64,000 nt of DNA from a virus. A program made the translations under genes and the position numbers. The stretch spans positions 1-64,000 of the IMG/VR virus record IMGVR_UViG_3300049027_000140; one strand, 5' to 3'. Position 1 is the first letter of the stretch. Each line of letters starts with the position of its first letter. Positions 63,918-64,000 of the stretch are shown here, piece by piece. A model generated the notes under the pieces. That model did no database searches, had not been told where the DNA came from, and saw only the letters and a program-made list of their open reading frames with translations.

Positions 63918-64000
63918 GAGCAGGCCTCCATTGCGCCCTGGTTGGGCGTGATGGCGGCTTGCCGCGGCGCTGGCGCCCGCGGCTGCCCGAGCGTCTCGAT

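Overview
A very GC-rich (roughly 70%+ by eye) stretch of a temperate tailed-phage genome, in its free (non-integrated) form. The host is probably a myxobacterium (Myxococcota). That call is inferred from a myxobacterial-type Cys/His-plus-sigma70-region-4 protein, a myxobacterial-type alpha/beta hydrolase domain and an Mx8-like attP-inside-integrase layout. Organisation: (1) 1-8 kb: small accessory ORFs and operator-controlled promoter cassettes (HTH, Fis-like, PadR). (2) 8-30.4 kb: a long, mostly translationally coupled leftward region. It runs from a Cro-like gene through a tyrosine integrase (containing attP, the 3' half of tRNA-Lys(UUU)), RusA-like resolvase, DNA methyltransferase, replication initiator with iteron origin and DnaC-like loader to a squalene/phytoene-synthase-like gene. 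(3) 30.4-31.6 kb: immunity region with a CI-like repressor and an ImmA/IrrE homolog that lacks HExxH. (4) 31.6-50.2 kb: rightward early operon with a 3'-5' exonuclease, YqaJ, RecT, an SSB-tail protein, a TrpF-like barrel, a MazG-like protein, a macrodomain and a sigma70 factor. (5) 50-56.5 kb: more autoregulated cassettes, including an LPD29-like protein. (6) 56.5-64 kb: leftward late genes, with tail/virion-associated proteins and two peptidoglycan-binding lysins flanking an apparently catalytically dead terminase-ATPase paralog. Highlights are the dead terminase-ATPase and dead ImmA (possible decoys), a phage-borne squalene/phytoene synthase, an attP whose use would both truncate the integrase and cut the lytic operon, and at least seven promoters that appear to make leaderless mRNAs. 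All family assignments come from motif recognition by eye; no searches were run.
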